Positions 49,473 through 63,760 of a stretch of DNA of 64,000 nt are shown here, one piece after another. A model generated the notes under the pieces. It worked only from the letters and a program-made list of their open reading frames with translations, had not been told where the DNA came from and did not search any database. Made by a program: the position numbers and the translations under genes. How positions within the stretch are numbered: the first letter of the stretch is position 1; each line of letters starts with the position of its first letter. The stretch is from Eledone cirrhosa (lineage: Eukaryota): NCBI GenBank assembly GCA_964016885.1, contig OZ024740.1:59706001-59770000 (forward strand), written 5' to 3'.

Positions 49473-49598
49473 CTCCACATACACAAACATGTATAAATAC
49501 ACACATTATATATGCATGCATATACAGAGGGGTATCTTTATATATATATATACATATATATGTATATATATATGTACATACATACATACATACATATA

Positions 49599-49659
<61 letters not shown>

Positions 49660-49660
49660 G
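48240..49660. repeat. Complex low-complexity region with a repeated ~80-bp unit and short RTE tails
   Basis: The unit ctccacatacacaaacatg..tatatgcatgcatatacagaggg occurs at ~48250, 48560 and 49473. RTE termini lie at 48393, 48445, 48745 and 49388. Confidence 0.75.
48788..49015. repeat. Perfect 49-bp inverted repeat (fold-back element)
   Basis: 48788-48836 is the reverse complement of 48967-49015. An inner pair tttacgatcg / cgatcgtaaa is also present. Confidence 0.85.
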
Positions 49661-50529
49661 TGTGTGTGCATGTGTGTATTATGTGGGGTGGGGTATGCAT
49701 ATGCATACCTAAAAAGAAAATGAACGAATGCAACATCTTTGTTTATTTTGAAATGTTAACCATGAAACAGCATTTTCTGTATCCGAAGAATGTAATTTAT
49801 GCCAGATTTCTTTTAATCTTAGCCTATCAAAAGTAATCTCAGCCATTGTCTAACACCCTATGGACAAAAGAGATGGCTGTTTACAGAAACAGTAACAAGC
49901 CTGAGAAAGTTCAGTGAATATCAAGGATGGTTGGTATTAAAAAAACAATTTTTTATGATTTAAATTCTTTTTCTTTTTATATTGACAACATTTTATCCAG
50001 TTTTTTAGTATTCTTTAGAAAAATGTGTTTTTGATTGTTGATTCAACCATATTTATTTCTAGCTTAGGAAAAAAGCAGCAGATATATCAGAACAATAAGT
50101 GAGAATATGAGATGTTCATTCTCCTCTTTACATAGAAACAACCTCAACAAACATATGAAGGCCAGTTCTTCCTGCTAAAGTAGGGGTGGGCCTTGCAGGC
50201 CCATAATAAATTCATTATCTATCATGGGATCCTTTCTATGGATGTGTTTTATGGCTGTATGTCCTTTCTGGTGCCAATTCTTCTAGTCACCTCCTACAAC
50301 ATGTAAGGATACAGTGTTCTTATTCTAAACCAGATACACACAGCATTTACTCCAATTCCCAGTATTCTTCAAGCATATATCTTTTTTTATTGTCAGTCCT
50401 ATCATATATATTTCAGACTTATGAACAAAGCAACAGCTTTGCCAGTGAGGTAACTAAGAATTTGTGATGTTCATTTTTTTCGTTGCATATATGATATTGA
50501 TTTGTTTAAAAGCTGATATTCCACAATTG

Positions 50530-50905
50530 CACCTTTCAAAGGTGATGACACAGGACCGAGATCTCTGGTGTTATGCAGTAATACAGAAGACCCAACTTCC
50601 CACATGCACATGTCGCAGCTGAAGCATATATATCCCACTGTGTAGGGATCGTGTAAGCATCAGGACAAAAGCACCCAGCCCACACTGTAAAGGGGTCGTG
50701 TAAGTGTCACGATATCAAGCACCCATTCCACACTGTAAATGGGATTGGCATTAGGAAGGTCATCCAGCTGTAGAAACTAAGCCCAAATCAGTTCTGTATA
50801 AGCAAGGCATGGTCACTTGATCTAGCATTGCCCACAACAGGATAACTTGTCTAAGCCATGCCAGCATGGAAGAATGGACATAAAACAGTGATGGTGATGA
50901 TGATA
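50530..50905 (+). mobile_element. RTE LINE 3' end, older copy
   Basis: atgcagtaatacagaagaccc...cacactgtaaa...catccagctgtagaaa...gatgatgat. Confidence 0.75.
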
Positions 50906-50909
50906 ATAA

Positions 50910-50966
50910 TTACCCAGTTCATTACTGGTACTTTATTTTATCGACCCCGTAAGGATGAAAGGCAAA
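50910..50966 (-). mobile_element. Nin-type SINE internal fragment
   Basis: cccagttcattactggtactttattttatcgaccccgtaaggatgaaaggcaaa. Confidence 0.65.
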
Positions 50967-51244
50967 TAATGATGATAAATCAAGATATGAGAAACAAATA
51001 TACTGTTTCATGTCTGAACAGAAGCATAGTATCTTATATAGACTATTTCCCATGCTACAGTATTGACATGAGGTTTACATCCTACCCTACAAAGTTCAAT
51101 TGTTATGCTCACCTATTAGTATTTCCCTACTGATGAGGGCAAATGATGACAAATGAAACAAAGCAAAGTAATGTTTTACCCAGTGTATTTTAGCATGATA
51201 TTTCAGTCCAAGACAAAACAAACGAGCTTGTTTGTTTTGTCTTG

Positions 51245-51400
51245 GAAAGAGGCTTGGTGTGGTGCTGGATGGCAGGAGGACCTGTTGGTTCAATCAAGAG
51301 GTCAAAGATGCCATCCGAGCAAAGAAGGAGGCCTACAAAGTTTGGCTTGGAAATAAGTCCTCCTTGCAATTGTAGTACAAGTTCAACCTCAGATCTTCAA
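51245..51400 (+). mobile_element. RTE-like LINE internal relic
   Basis: Translation gives RRTCWFNQEVKDAIRAKKEAYKVWL, typical of the APE-RT linker. Confidence 0.55.
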
Positions 51401-53539
51401 CCAGCTGGCCATCATATACATGGACCAGTTGGAGAGCACAGCGCTCACCACTGAAATCGCTGAACCCTGCTACAAATTTTCCAATGAAATAATTGTTGCC
51501 AACAGACCAACATGACTTTCCTTTGATTTTACTGTTCATATATTCCTTAGCAAGAGTTCTGTGTGTTCATTGTTCCTGTTGTTTTTTTTAGCTGTGAGTC
51601 AACCCTGACCGAGCAGACGTATGATCACTACATTCTTTCTTTTTTGTTGGAGTATAATGTATACTGAACTACATTATCCAATGTGTCCTTTTTTAAGATA
51701 ATAGCATGGTAATCCCATTAATGAAGGGAAATTTGGCTGATATTTCTAGAATTTCAAACGATCACATTGACTTATGTGTACATAATAATAATATGGAACT
51801 GGTGTATCATAATAATGGCATTAGTTTGAGCTATTAATTCATTAACTTGAACTAATGTAGAAGAATGATTTAATCTTAGAGTTTAATTGTATCTTTTGGA
51901 TATGAGATATGTGCATATGTTAATGTGTCACATGCTCTTTTATAGATATCAACAGATAATGTAATTCTGAGAAAACGATAACCTAGTAATGCGGATTTAA
52001 GTTACTATTTCCTTGTGGGTCTATTGATATAGTATACAATCTGGTTTAGTTAATAAACAGATAATTTATCATATCACTAGATTCAGATGGTATTCTATAT
52101 ATTAGAATAGACACCAACAGAAATATTTCAAAGAGAAGATATTCAGAGCATTTCTAAGAAGACTATTTTTGTATTATAAACCAACAGACCCTTAAAATTC
52201 TTATTACTAGACAATATTTGAACTTATGACATGAAAAGATTTGAAAATATCTCATCAATCATTATTCAATTTCCTCTAGAAGGAATAAAACAGACTTATT
52301 TTGTCAATATTATATATGAGGGTGACAAGGTTGATAAATGCGGCGAAAAATCAAACCCTGTGTATTTATTGGAGATAATACTAACTTTATATCTTAACAC
52401 TATTGACAAAAGCATGAGAGTATAGATTTTGGAGAAAGTAGAGGGGAATGTATATCCAATTCTTGGAGATGATTTCACTTATTTGACCTCAGTATAAAAG
52501 GTGAGGAGAAGAATGTTAGCAAAATAACCTTTTGACTCAAACATCAGTGTTGGATGTTATTATGAGAAAGAAGATTTATTTCCCTACTTCACTAAAGATT
52601 ATTTATTCATTTCCATATAACTACTGATTAGGGTCAGTGAAATTTATTAAGTAGAACACATCAGATATATCTTCATCTTTATAGATTCTATTGTATAGAA
52701 TATTACTGAAATTTGAAACATCAATTTTGCTGTTATTAAACACTAATGAATAAATAGTAAGCATATTCATAAAATCAACACTGTTTTAATTATTATTGCA
52801 TGCATTATAATGTTTTCTTCTACATGAAAGATAACCTACTCATTTCATGTAATTGTGTTATTTGAATATATCCAAAATATCTCTAATTAGTTGAAGAGGG
52901 TAGCCAAATCATCAATAGAATTTCAAATGGCAAAGTTGTAATGTAATCCATTATTCTATAAATCATACATTCCACAAGTGCAACTGAAAACTTTTATACA
53001 TACTTCAATAACACACATATTAACACAGTGTATAGCTTAAAAACATATATATATATATTTAAGTTTCTCATAATTATTTAGTCTCTGACTTCTGACTAAT
53101 AAAGTCTGTGTCTTTAGAGATTAAGCATCTGAAGAATTTCAATGTTTAGTGATCTTCAGTTAATTTATCTTTTAACTATAAAGTTACAGAAAATCTACAT
53201 TGTTTACTAGGAGATAGAAACATAGAATAACTGGGTAGGTATGATGCTACTTCTGTTATGTATAGTACTAGATATACCACTGGCAAAGAAAGTTTTAAAT
53301 TCTAAAAAATAAAAAAGACCTTTGATAGACATGAAGAAAATAATGTATAATTAGCTTACATTTGTTAGAAAACATTTAGAAAAATGACAATTAGTAAATT
53401 AGCAGAACTATAAATCATTAACATTGTAATTATAAACATTAAATTACATTTTATATTCATAAGAAACTACAAATATATTTTTCAACTTACATTTCTCGAT
53501 TTAAGCTAGGTTAAAATAAATGTTAAGTTTGTCCTAAGC

Positions 53540-53805
53540 CTTCAAGCTCATCAGTCCTGTGATTCTCCCTGGTATCATTTTTAATCAGTGTTAAGTAACT
53601 GTGTGTACAAGACTTTTCCCTGTACATGATGCCCGTCCATTGCAGGGCTAAGCTCCCAGCTACTGCTGGTACTTATTTTCAGCTGAGTGTACTGAAGCAA
53701 TGTGAAATGAAGTATTCTGCTCAAGAATGTAATGTGCCACCTGGTCCATGAATCAAACCCACAACACTATAAGATGTCCAACACCCTAACCACAAGGTTA
53801 CATGG
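53540..53805 (-). mobile_element. CORE-like SINE, decayed
   Basis: gatgcccgtccattgcaggg...ttttcagctgagtgtactgaagcaatgtgaaatgaagt...gctcaagaa. Confidence 0.6.
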
Positions 53806-55170
53806 CTAAACTAGGTAATCCAAGTAAATTATCTAAAATAGAAAAATTATAAGAAACTCCATTTAACCTATGCAAGTGTGGGAAAATAGGCATTAAACGA
53901 TGATGAAGATGATATGTTATCTATTGAATGATTTTGGGTATATAAATTGTACAATTATAAAAGATGAAACATTTAATCTATTTTGATATTATAGATTGTT
54001 TTTGCAGGCATATATACTAGAAAAAGAGCATTTCGTTGTTGATGGTATGACTGACTGAGTTGACATGATAAAGAGCTTAATAATAAGATAAGGTAATCAG
54101 AATTTTGTAGAAATTCTGATAGTCTGAGACTTAGAGATTGGTTACCTAGCTGATGAATACTGACATTGACAAAGATAATTATAACAGAGTGCATTTTCTA
54201 GACAGAATCTAGATGTCATATGTGCCTAGAGAAGGGAAAAAGATGATGTATTATGAATACATATTCCAAGCCCAGACTACATTGAAGAAAATTCAGAAAG
54301 TAGTTCAAGTAGAGGAAAATCATGAAAAATATAGAATGAATGGCAAAAACAGTGATGCATAAATAGTAGTAAAATATAAAGGAGTTGAAGAAGACTAAGA
54401 GTAAACTATTTGAAACATTTCTCAGAAAGAATAAATTAAAAAAAGAACGGACAATAGAAATTATAATTATAAAGACAGTCAGATAGTAAGAATTGTATAT
54501 ACCTGATCTATCTAACCTGAAGAAAAATAATGATTCAAATATATTAAAATCTAATGTTAATGAAATTCAGTTTTCTGTTTGAAATTTGAATAGCAAATTC
54601 TCATTTTAGAAAAGTCTATAATTATAGTTAATGACTGATTCAGTGTAATGACAGATTCTGTCATGATAAATATACCATGATAGATGATACCAATGTTTTC
54701 TAGGTTCAAATAATTTATTTAATACTTTATTTTCATGATTTAGTTAGAGAAAAAATGGCAATGCATGACCTTTTTGCATGACTTCAGAAACTAGAGAGCA
54801 GGAGAGAGTAGAAGAAAGCACAACTTATGAGCATAATTTGATATCTTGATGTGCTGCTTTCTACTGCACATTAATATACAGAGTTTTTGTATTAGAGACT
54901 GTGTCAGAATGTTTTCAAGTGGATTATGTTAAAAGCATTGAAGCAAACGTCTTAACTATACAGCCATATCTGCACCCATAAAGAATATTAAACAATGAGG
55001 AATTTCATGTATATCATATGTAACCTTTAGGCTGCCATATTTCCAACAGAGTTAAGGAGTATATTTTATCTTTGTGTTTTAATTTTCAAAATAATCAAGA
55101 ATTATGAGAAGTTAAGTGGAATAACTAACTTTCAATTTAATAATAATAATAATAATAATAAGAAGAAGAA

Positions 55171-55340
55171 AATTAGTCCAGCCCCGCTTTTTGGAACAGT
55201 TCAAAAGGCATGCTTGTTGGGAACAGCAAGAACCCTCCAATACGTCCTGAATATCTGAGGCTGCAGGTAGCGGCTTGATATTCATTTCAACAAACTTTCC
55301 AGTTAAATAACATCAATGACTGAGACTCAAAGAACAACAA
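55171..55340 (+). mobile_element. R4/Dong-like 3' end fragment (third family)
   Basis: Translation gives VQKACLLGTARTLQYVLNI*. It is preceded by (TAA)n(GAA)n and followed by (AAT)n and Tx1 copy 2. Confidence 0.65.
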
Positions 55341-55623
55341 GAATAATAATAATGCTTTCTTTATTAACCACAAGGGTTTACACAAATTAGACTTTAAGGA
55401 CAGTACAGGACAATACAGGACGGTACAAATGGGCATTTCTGCATGTAAAAAAAAACAAAAAAAAAACAGAGGATGTAATAAAAGAACAATGAAAAATTCT
55501 CCAATAGGGGGGAGATTTCCAAGGGCCATCGTGGAGAAAGCCCATTACAAAAGCTACGGTCACCCTGACCACCAGGACAAGTGTCCTCTCCCAGTTTTCC
55601 ACCTTCAATTTACAGGCATATAC

Positions 55624-58616
55624 TCAGAGTAGGTCCATTCTTGCCTCTCTCACCCATCTTTCAACAAAATGCTGGGATGAGAGCACTTCCCTCTCTACCC
55701 TGATTTTTCTTTTCAAATGAAATTTGAAAAAGTTAATCAGGGCATCACCGAAGAGGTAAGTGCTCGTCTTCAGCCCTTTCAGACGTGTCCACCATACTAT
55801 CTCTTTCGCCATGGCCACCAGACAGAGAAAAACTGCCTGCCCTTCACGGCTAAAGAAAGAGGGCGGGGCAATCCTCACGATGGACTCAGCTGAGAGCCAG
55901 ATCTGTTCTAGACGCGACAGCAGGTGTTCGACATAAACCCACAAGTCAGCAATGCTCGGACACTGGACGAGTGCACGCAGGATGGTTTCATCACCCTGCA
56001 CGCATCTTGAACATGCCTGGCTGACGGCACCTCCATGCCTGTAGAGTTTATCCCAGACTGGCAAAGCTCCTCGGTAGCACTGCCAGGTCAGAGATTTCTG
56101 GAAGTTGTCCATAGGCCCCAGCCCGAAAGTTCTTCCAAAGAGATTGGCTAGTTGATTTTCGTCGAGGCCTAGAGTTTCCCCAAGTACGTCGTCGCTCTTC
56201 CCCTCCACTAATCCTCTATAGAACGCCAAGGTGGAGTTTCCACCGATCACATTGCCTGACTGTGATAGGTGGAAACTCCACCTTGGCGCCTGAAGACATT
56301 CCAGTCTCCAAGCGCTCCCTCTCGGTCTTCGCTTGACCCAGGACTGCAGCACCGTCAAGGAGACGAGCTGGGGAAAGACGCGTCTAGCAAACGGCGACCA
56401 CACCGGATCACCGTCGAGGAAGAGGTGGAGATGTCGTAGCCTGAGCGCGTGTCTGTGCATCATCATCCACAGCATGCCTAGCCCTCCACGTAGCAGGTGT
56501 TGACAGCAGATGGACCGCCTGACCATCGGAGCGCGTCCCTTCCACAAAAAGCGAAAGAACAAACGGTCCAGTGCAGTCAGGCGAGGCTTAGGACAAAGCA
56601 CAACGGTCAGGCAGTAGTTGAATGACAGACGCGATGTACGCATTCGCCACCTCCGCTCGACCTTTCAGGGATAGTTTCCTCTCTGCCCATTGGTGGTTGA
56701 GAGAAGCCACCCTGCTCGTCAGACCCCTAGCAATTTAACCGGTCCGTCCGTCCAGTGCCCGACGACGATGTTGGACGGCATGGAGCTGCAGGCCCACCGC
56801 TTTTCCTGATTGATCGTTGCTACTGTCACCGCATTCGACACCACTACGGTGACATCATCTGCATATGCTGACACGGATCTTCACATCCTAGTTCGTGCTG
56901 GAACCCCCTCAACGTCTCCAGTTTGTGCAGTAATGGCTCGAGAGTCAATACGTACAAGAGGGACGAGAGGGGACATCCTTGGTGGACCGAGCACATGATG
57001 TTGGACGGTTCCGAAAGGTGACCGTTCACTCTCACCACAGAGCAGATGTCGCTCTGCATGGCAGCGATCCAGCCTCTGAAGACGACCCAAAGCCAGCCGT
57101 CCTCAGGACTGCTGCCAGATAACGATGGTCAACCCTATCGAAAGCTTTCGACTGATCTAAATTGATCAAAGACCCCCCCCCCCCCCGTGCGAGGTTCCCT
57201 AGCTACCCTCTCCACGATGTATCGCATGAGGTGGAGGTTGTCGTGAATGGATCTGTTTGGAATGGCGCATGTCTGTGCCTCTCCCACCAGACCACCAACG
57301 ACAAGCGCCAACTTCTTTGCTAGCACCTTGGCCAAAATCTTGAACTCTGTGTTTAGAAGAGTTATGGGCCTGAAATTATCTATGTTATCCTCCTTGTTCG
57401 GATCCTTTCTCAGCAGCGCCACCGCTCCTTGGCTTACAGAGCTGGGAATTCTCCCGTTCTGTTGCCAGTTGCAGTAGACGTCCGCCAAGAGGCCTCCGAC
57501 AAGTCTGGCATCTGTACGTAAAGTTCATAGGGCAGACCATCCAAACCAGGCGATTTACCCCTTGTGCAGCCAGTCATTGCCTCCCGTATACTTCAGTTGC
57601 TGTTATCAGCTTTTCTCAACACTCCGCCTCAGTGGCGGCAGTCCGTCGATGTAGACACTAAAGTCCATCCCTCAATCCGGCCCGCCGCTGGCCCCCGAAC
57701 AGCTGAGCAAAGTGTGGTTGAAAAGCTTCACACATTTGCTCGGGATCGAGTAGCATGCACCTGTCTAATCGCTCTTTTTAGAGCAAACCACCACTTGTTG
57801 TTGACAATGGCCCCCGTCAACGCCCGCTTAACTAGTTCGCTAATCCGGTCTCTGTAGGCCTTGCACGCTGGTAAGGACGCATTTAGATTCCAGTAGCCGG
57901 GTCCTTATCTATGAAGCACACAGATCACGAATTTGTGGTCCGTGTAGCTGATTATCTTGAATTGTGGACAGCCTACGCTAGACCTATCTATTTTCCTACA
58001 AAATACTCTATCTAGATATGATCTGGATGACCCGATGCGGTTTGGTCAAGTCCACATTGACACATTCGGGAAATCCAATCGGTACCTGTCAGACAGTTCA
58101 AAACGCCTGAGCAGGTTGGTGAGGCTCTTGCACCCTCCTCCCCTATCCGCTAGCCCCACACAATCCCAGCGTGCATCTAAGATCCTGTTCCAGTCGCCCA
58201 CTAACACTAGAGCGCGGGACGTTCCAAGAAAGATCGCCAGACGCTGGAAAAATTCAGGCCGTCCTGCTCCTGTTGGGGCATAGACGGCCACTAACCTGAA
58301 AGCTTGTCCTTCTCTGCTGGTCACGTCCAATACCACCAACTTACCCTCTGGGTCCAGGAAGATGGCCCGTATGGCGAGATCCAAACCTCTCCGAAAAAGC
58401 ACAGCCACTCCCCGCCCCCGATCCAGGACGGCTGGGAGATGCGTACACATTGTAGCCGCCGAAGATCGGTGCGAAGGCCCGTGCTTCGGAGATTCTGGTC
58501 TCGCTGATGGCCACTACATCTATGTTTAGTGACCTGAGGTCGTTGAGCAGGTGACCCTGCTTCCATGACGACCCCAAGCCACGCGCATTTATGCTGCCTA
58601 TTCTGAGTGAGGTCAT
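55624..58616 (-). pseudogene. Tx1 ORF2, broken
   Basis: ORFs 58341..58616, 58046..58450, 57135..57488, 56844..57059 and 55624..56643. Confidence 0.85.
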
Positions 58617-58651
58617 GTTTAAAATAGAGTGGAAAAGATGAGAAAGACCAC

Positions 58652-60796
58652 TTACCGTACTTTTCGTAGAGGAGGGATGGTTTTTCCATCCCTTTTCACT
58701 TGATCGTCTGGTGAAGGGACCGTTGAATCGTCCCTTCGGCTGGTCGTCGGCTCTTCTATGAGTATGTCCGAATATACTCTTCGATTGAGAGTCCCTCCTA
58801 GGTCTCTGAAATCACGAACTGCGTTGGGGAATTTCGTTTTAATGTTTGTGTATTGTTTCTGTGCTATTTTTAGCAGTCTTATGTTAGTTGGCGTTTTGAT
58901 TGGTGCTGGTATTATGTAGTCGTGTTGTGAAATGTCTGTGTGTTCAATTATGTAAGTCATTAGTTTCTTGTTGTGTGTATTTATTGCCGTGCATTTGTTT
59001 TTCTGGGGGTGGGGTGTGGTTCTGCTATTTTCTTGTCGTTGTTGCTGGGTGTGTGTGTTTTGTTGTGTTTGCGATGTTGGTGCTTGTGGTGGTGGTGTTG
59101 AAGGTGTTGTTGTTGTTGGCGGTGGGTTTGTCGCCGGTGGTGATGGTGGTGCTAGTGTAGGTGGTGATGGTGTTGGTTGTGTTGCTGCTGTGAGTCTCTT
59201 TGCAGTAGCCTTTACCCTCTTTTCATTTCTTTCCTCCCTTTTCGAAGGCGACGATGCGCTGCTTCTGCGTGTGTGCCTTCTTACGACCTTTTGCCATCCC
59301 TCTCCCACCTCACACTCGATGTCTGATTCTGCGAGGTCGAGAAGGGGTACCAGCTCCACTCTTTCACTTTTGTTGTTGGTGATGTTTGCACTGGAGTCTC
59401 TGTTGCAGCTGCATTTGGTATTGCTGTTGTTGTTGTTAATACTTCCACTGCTGCTGCTGTTTTTGATTTCCGTGGCGTGGGTATGGGTACCACGGACCTA
59501 TCGTTCCTGGTTGCCGCTTGTCCTGTTTCTGGTAGCCGTGGAGCCGGTTTCGGAAGGAGGGGGGTTTTCTCCTTTCTCGGGGTCTTCTCGTTGCAGAAGG
59601 CCCTGAGGTGAGTCTTCGATCCACAGCGAAAGCATTTCGGACGTTTGCCCTCAACACTTATGGGCAGTTGAGTGCCGTTATCGAAGTCTATCACATCCAG
59701 GATAGCTTCGATGCACTCATGATTGGTTTGGATTAACATCTCAATGGAGGTGCCGACCCAATCTTCTCTTACTTTTTTCTGTACTTGCAGTACAGTTGTT
59801 TTGTCCTCGATTCCGACGAGGACAGACGCGGCCAGCCAAGAAGGGGCCATCCCGGGGGGGGGGGGGGAGGACGTGGGTCAGTTTGATCCTCATAATTTTT
59901 TGCCCGCAGTAGGAGAGCACCAACACCAATTTTCTCGCTCCTTAGGGTCACTAAGGATTGAGCCTTTGCCTCCTGGGGTGTGGCAAAAAGTACGTCTACG
60001 GTGGCATATTTCTTGCCTCGGGTGATGTGCGTTTTCCGTTGCCACACAGACCTCAAGGCTTTTTGTATTTGACCTCTGTGGCTCTTTCAACCCTACGGGA
60101 TTTTGTACTTACTGTACGGTACGTGACCGTAGAGTGCTGTTGAGTTTCGAAAACTTTTTTCGGCTGCCTTGCAGATTGCTCGGTGTCCAGTCTTTGTCAC
60201 CATCTTCTTCGCTTCCTCTAATTCCTCATTTGTTATGAGGATGGTTTCCAGGTTCTTTGCGATACCTGCAAACGAGATTGGTTTTTCTTTGCTGCTGTTG
60301 TTGTTGTTGTTGTTGTTGTTGTCGTCAGAGCTGCTGTTACTTTTGTTGTTGCTGCAGGTACTACGACTACTGCCGCCGCCGCTGTTGCTGTGGTTGTTGT
60401 TGTTGTTGCTGCTGCTGTTGTTGTTGTTGCTGCTAATGCTGTTGTTGTTTATGCTGCTGCTGATGCTGTTGCGGTTGCTACTGTTGTTTTCCTTGTCACT
60501 GTTGCTGCTGTTATTACGGCTGCTACTGCTATTATTCCTGACGTCAGACGAATGAAATGGGTTTTCGTATTTCCCGCACACCTTTTTCGTCGTTGTCGTC
60601 GTCGTCGTGGAGAAATCTTGCTCGCTTTGCACGTGATTTTTTTTTCTGGCGTCGCTTGCGAAAGAGAAGGGAGGGAGAGAGACACATTTAGAGAAGGGAG
60701 GGAGAGAGACAATCTTCTCTCTGCTGTAGTGACGATTGAGGAAGAAGAAGACGGAATGAGTGGGAGTGACGTATGAAAATTCATTTTCGTAGCCAT
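58652..60796 (-). pseudogene. Tx1 ORF1, frameshifted
   Basis: Pieces 60093..60833, 59769..60056, 59281..59850 and 58652..59359 are homologous to copy 1 ORF1. Confidence 0.75.
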
Positions 60797-61011
60797 GTTT
60801 TTTTTTTTTGTTTAAAATAAATATTGGGCACAAAACCCCAATAAGCGGTTATTTGACCCCGAAGGGCCAAATAACGGGCAGAAAGACCCCTCTCACGAGG
60901 AGGAAGGTGTTTTTGTCTACAAGTTGGTTAAAGTTTTAAACAATTTACAATTGTTATAGCGGTCAAAATTTACAATACCTTACAGAGCCAAGCCTCCGTC
61001 AACCATAGCAT

Positions 61012-61130
<119 letters not shown>

Positions 61131-61132
61131 GT

Positions 61133-61985
61133 TGGAAAATACCTATAAGAGCTAACAATCCTGATGTTGACAAAACTTTAACCCATCAGTGGTTGGCATC
61201 CTCTGGACTGAAATCGGAGACTGAAAGACTGATTATATCAGCACAAGATCAGTGTCTGCCAACAAAAAATTATCTAGCCAACATCATAAAAAATGGATGC
61301 AACCCATTATGCCATGTATGTTAAAAAAACAACCAGAAACCATTGATCATATAATTTCAATGTGCAGTCCTTTAGCTCCAGCCGAATACCTAAACAGGCA
61401 CAACAGAGCTGCAAAATACATACATTGGATAATGTGTAAGCATTTTGACCTGCCCCATCAACCACTTCTGGTACTTAAAAAAGGTTGCATCTCAATTTTT
61501 TGGAACTTTAGCATCCAAACAGACCGAAAAATAGATGCAAATAGACCTGATATAATACTGAAGGACTTTAAAAAGAAGGTATGCCTGCTAATTCCTATAG
61601 GCAAGAATGAATCTATAAAAACATTTGAAAAATTGAGCAAGTATAAAAACCTGGAGATAGAGATTGGAAAAATGTGGAAATTGAGAACTAAAACAATACC
61701 AGTGGTTGTAGGCACTCTAGGAATGATACCTAAGGGGTCTAATGATTACTTATCCCAAATCCCAGGAAACCTGCGTATAGAAGAAATACAAAAGATAGTA
61801 CTAATGGGAACTGCCCATACACTAAGGAAGATTCTATCAATATAAGTACATCACAAGACTAAACACCTAAATATACATATGTGTGTGCGTTCTTTCTTGA
61901 ACATGGTGGACCTTGTTGTCTCTTGAGCTCACTGGTTGTGACTTGGTGATAACTCGTATGAACTTAAAGCAAGATAAATGAAAAA
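61133..61985 (+). mobile_element. R4/Dong 3' fragment (same family as 95..2596)
   Basis: ORF 61252..61845 carries the CCHC and RLE motifs. The 3' UTR matches 35393-35537. Confidence 0.9.
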
Positions 61986-61996
61986 ATAATACTAAT

Positions 61997-62215
61997 AATA
62001 ATGGTTTATGATTTAGGCACAAGGTCAACAATTTTAGTGGAAGGGGAAAGTCGATTAAATTGACCCCAGCGCGTAACTGGTACTTTATTTTACCGATCCC
62101 ATAAAGATGAAAGGTAAAGATAATCTAGGCAGGATTTGAACTCAGAACGTAAAGGGGCGTAATTATGCTGCGAAGCATTGTGTCCAATGCTCTACTGATA
62201 CTGCTAATCCACTAA
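61997..62215 (-). mobile_element. Nin-domain SINE, near full length
   Basis: Homologous to 27823-28045. Tail CCTTGTGCCTAAATCATAAACC-ATTATT. Confidence 0.78.
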
Positions 62216-62576
62216 TAAGAGTGCTTACCAATTGAAATGTTATCTTTCATGTAGTAATATGATTTCAAGGCAAGATTTAGATTTAAATTTCAGCACTTTA
62301 ATAGCAGTGGTTTCTGGCATGTTGGTGCTACAATGGTTAGGAAGTGAGATCAATAGCAAAGCTGACTGCAAAGAAAGAGTTTAGAATGAATCATGATACT
62401 TACCTAAAAAGAAATTGGCTTTGGAATCAAGTAAATAATTTAATAATGATAATAATCTTTAAAGTACCAGAGAATTAGATTCCATAAGATTTGGTTATTT
62501 AAGAACCGAATTTAGTTTATTAGAAACTAACTTTTAAGTCTTTAGTTATATATAAAGTTTAATTTACATTGTTGTT

Positions 62577-62705
<129 letters not shown>

Positions 62706-63554
62706 ATTAGATATAAGAAGGCTTCGTTTTATGTTCTATTTCATTGATGTCATCAACAATGTCTTCTCTCGTGACAAATTCCAGTATTTGGAACATAACC
62801 AAAACTTTAATAAACTCATTAATGTCCATTGAATGGCCAAACCTTTGTCTTACACTCCTATTTAGTTTTAACTCTGGATATTCTCATTCTGAATCTATAG
62901 AATACCCAACAAAAGACTGCACATTTTCCAAAAACATGTATTTAAAAGCAAAACAAATTTTAGAAACAAACAAGAAATTAGAACTGTTCACTGAGCTGTA
63001 GTATGCTTAAATAGAATAATAAAATAAATCAAATTAAATAGAATATGCTAATAATAAAATAATAAAGAATATGGTAATATGGTAGTAATAAAATCTGTGT
63101 TTTTTTACTGGGTACCCTATATACTTTTATGAGTCTTTATAACAAATGAAAGACTAAAAATCAATATTTTGGCTTGACACATGGCATTATAGAATCACTG
63201 TGATTAAGTAATTAAGATGCTGGAGTATTGGGAGATAATATGTAAATCTTACATCACATTTCACATCTACTTCATGCAGTTATTTACTGTAAGAAACTAC
63301 TCTTACTTATTATAGTTTATAAACCATACAACCATTCCCTAACCCCTTCATTACTATGTTTCTAATGACAGACACTAACTATGATTTCCATAGAATTTTT
63401 TTTAATAAGTGAGAATTTGAAGGTATGTAATAATATGACTAATTTTCTTATTTTCAAGCTGATTGTTCAGAGGACATACAATATATACTCAGAAATATGT
63501 GGCAAAAACAGAAAAAATAATCAATGATGAAATAGAGGGTAGAGTTATATTTAA

Positions 63555-63760
63555 CCCTTTAGCATTTACATTACTCTATATTTACTATTGTATTTTTGCA
63601 GTATTTGATATAGTCTCACATAATATCAAATCTACGAGATTTTGATATTTATTTGGAAAATAATAGCTTAACGTCAGTATGAGGGGCTAGTTATGGCTGG
63701 TTTGAACAGAAAGAGGTGAGAGAATTCAGGCCAGATATGGCTGGTTTAAATGCTAAAGGG
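63555..63760. mobile_element. piggyBac-like MITE (206 bp)
   Basis: Perfect 14-bp TIRs CCCTTTAGCATTTA / TAAATGCTAAAGGG, flanked by TTAA on both sides. Confidence 0.85.

Noticed and set aside
51125-51175. CTGATGA...GAAAC...GTA hammerhead-like words
   Set aside because: Stems I-III do not pair convincingly.
52106-52195. Short frame NRHQQKYFKEKIFRAFLRRLFLYYKPTDP after a TAG, vaguely like a Rictor segment
   Set aside because: Ends in a stop with no donor site and has no neighbouring exons; likely chance.
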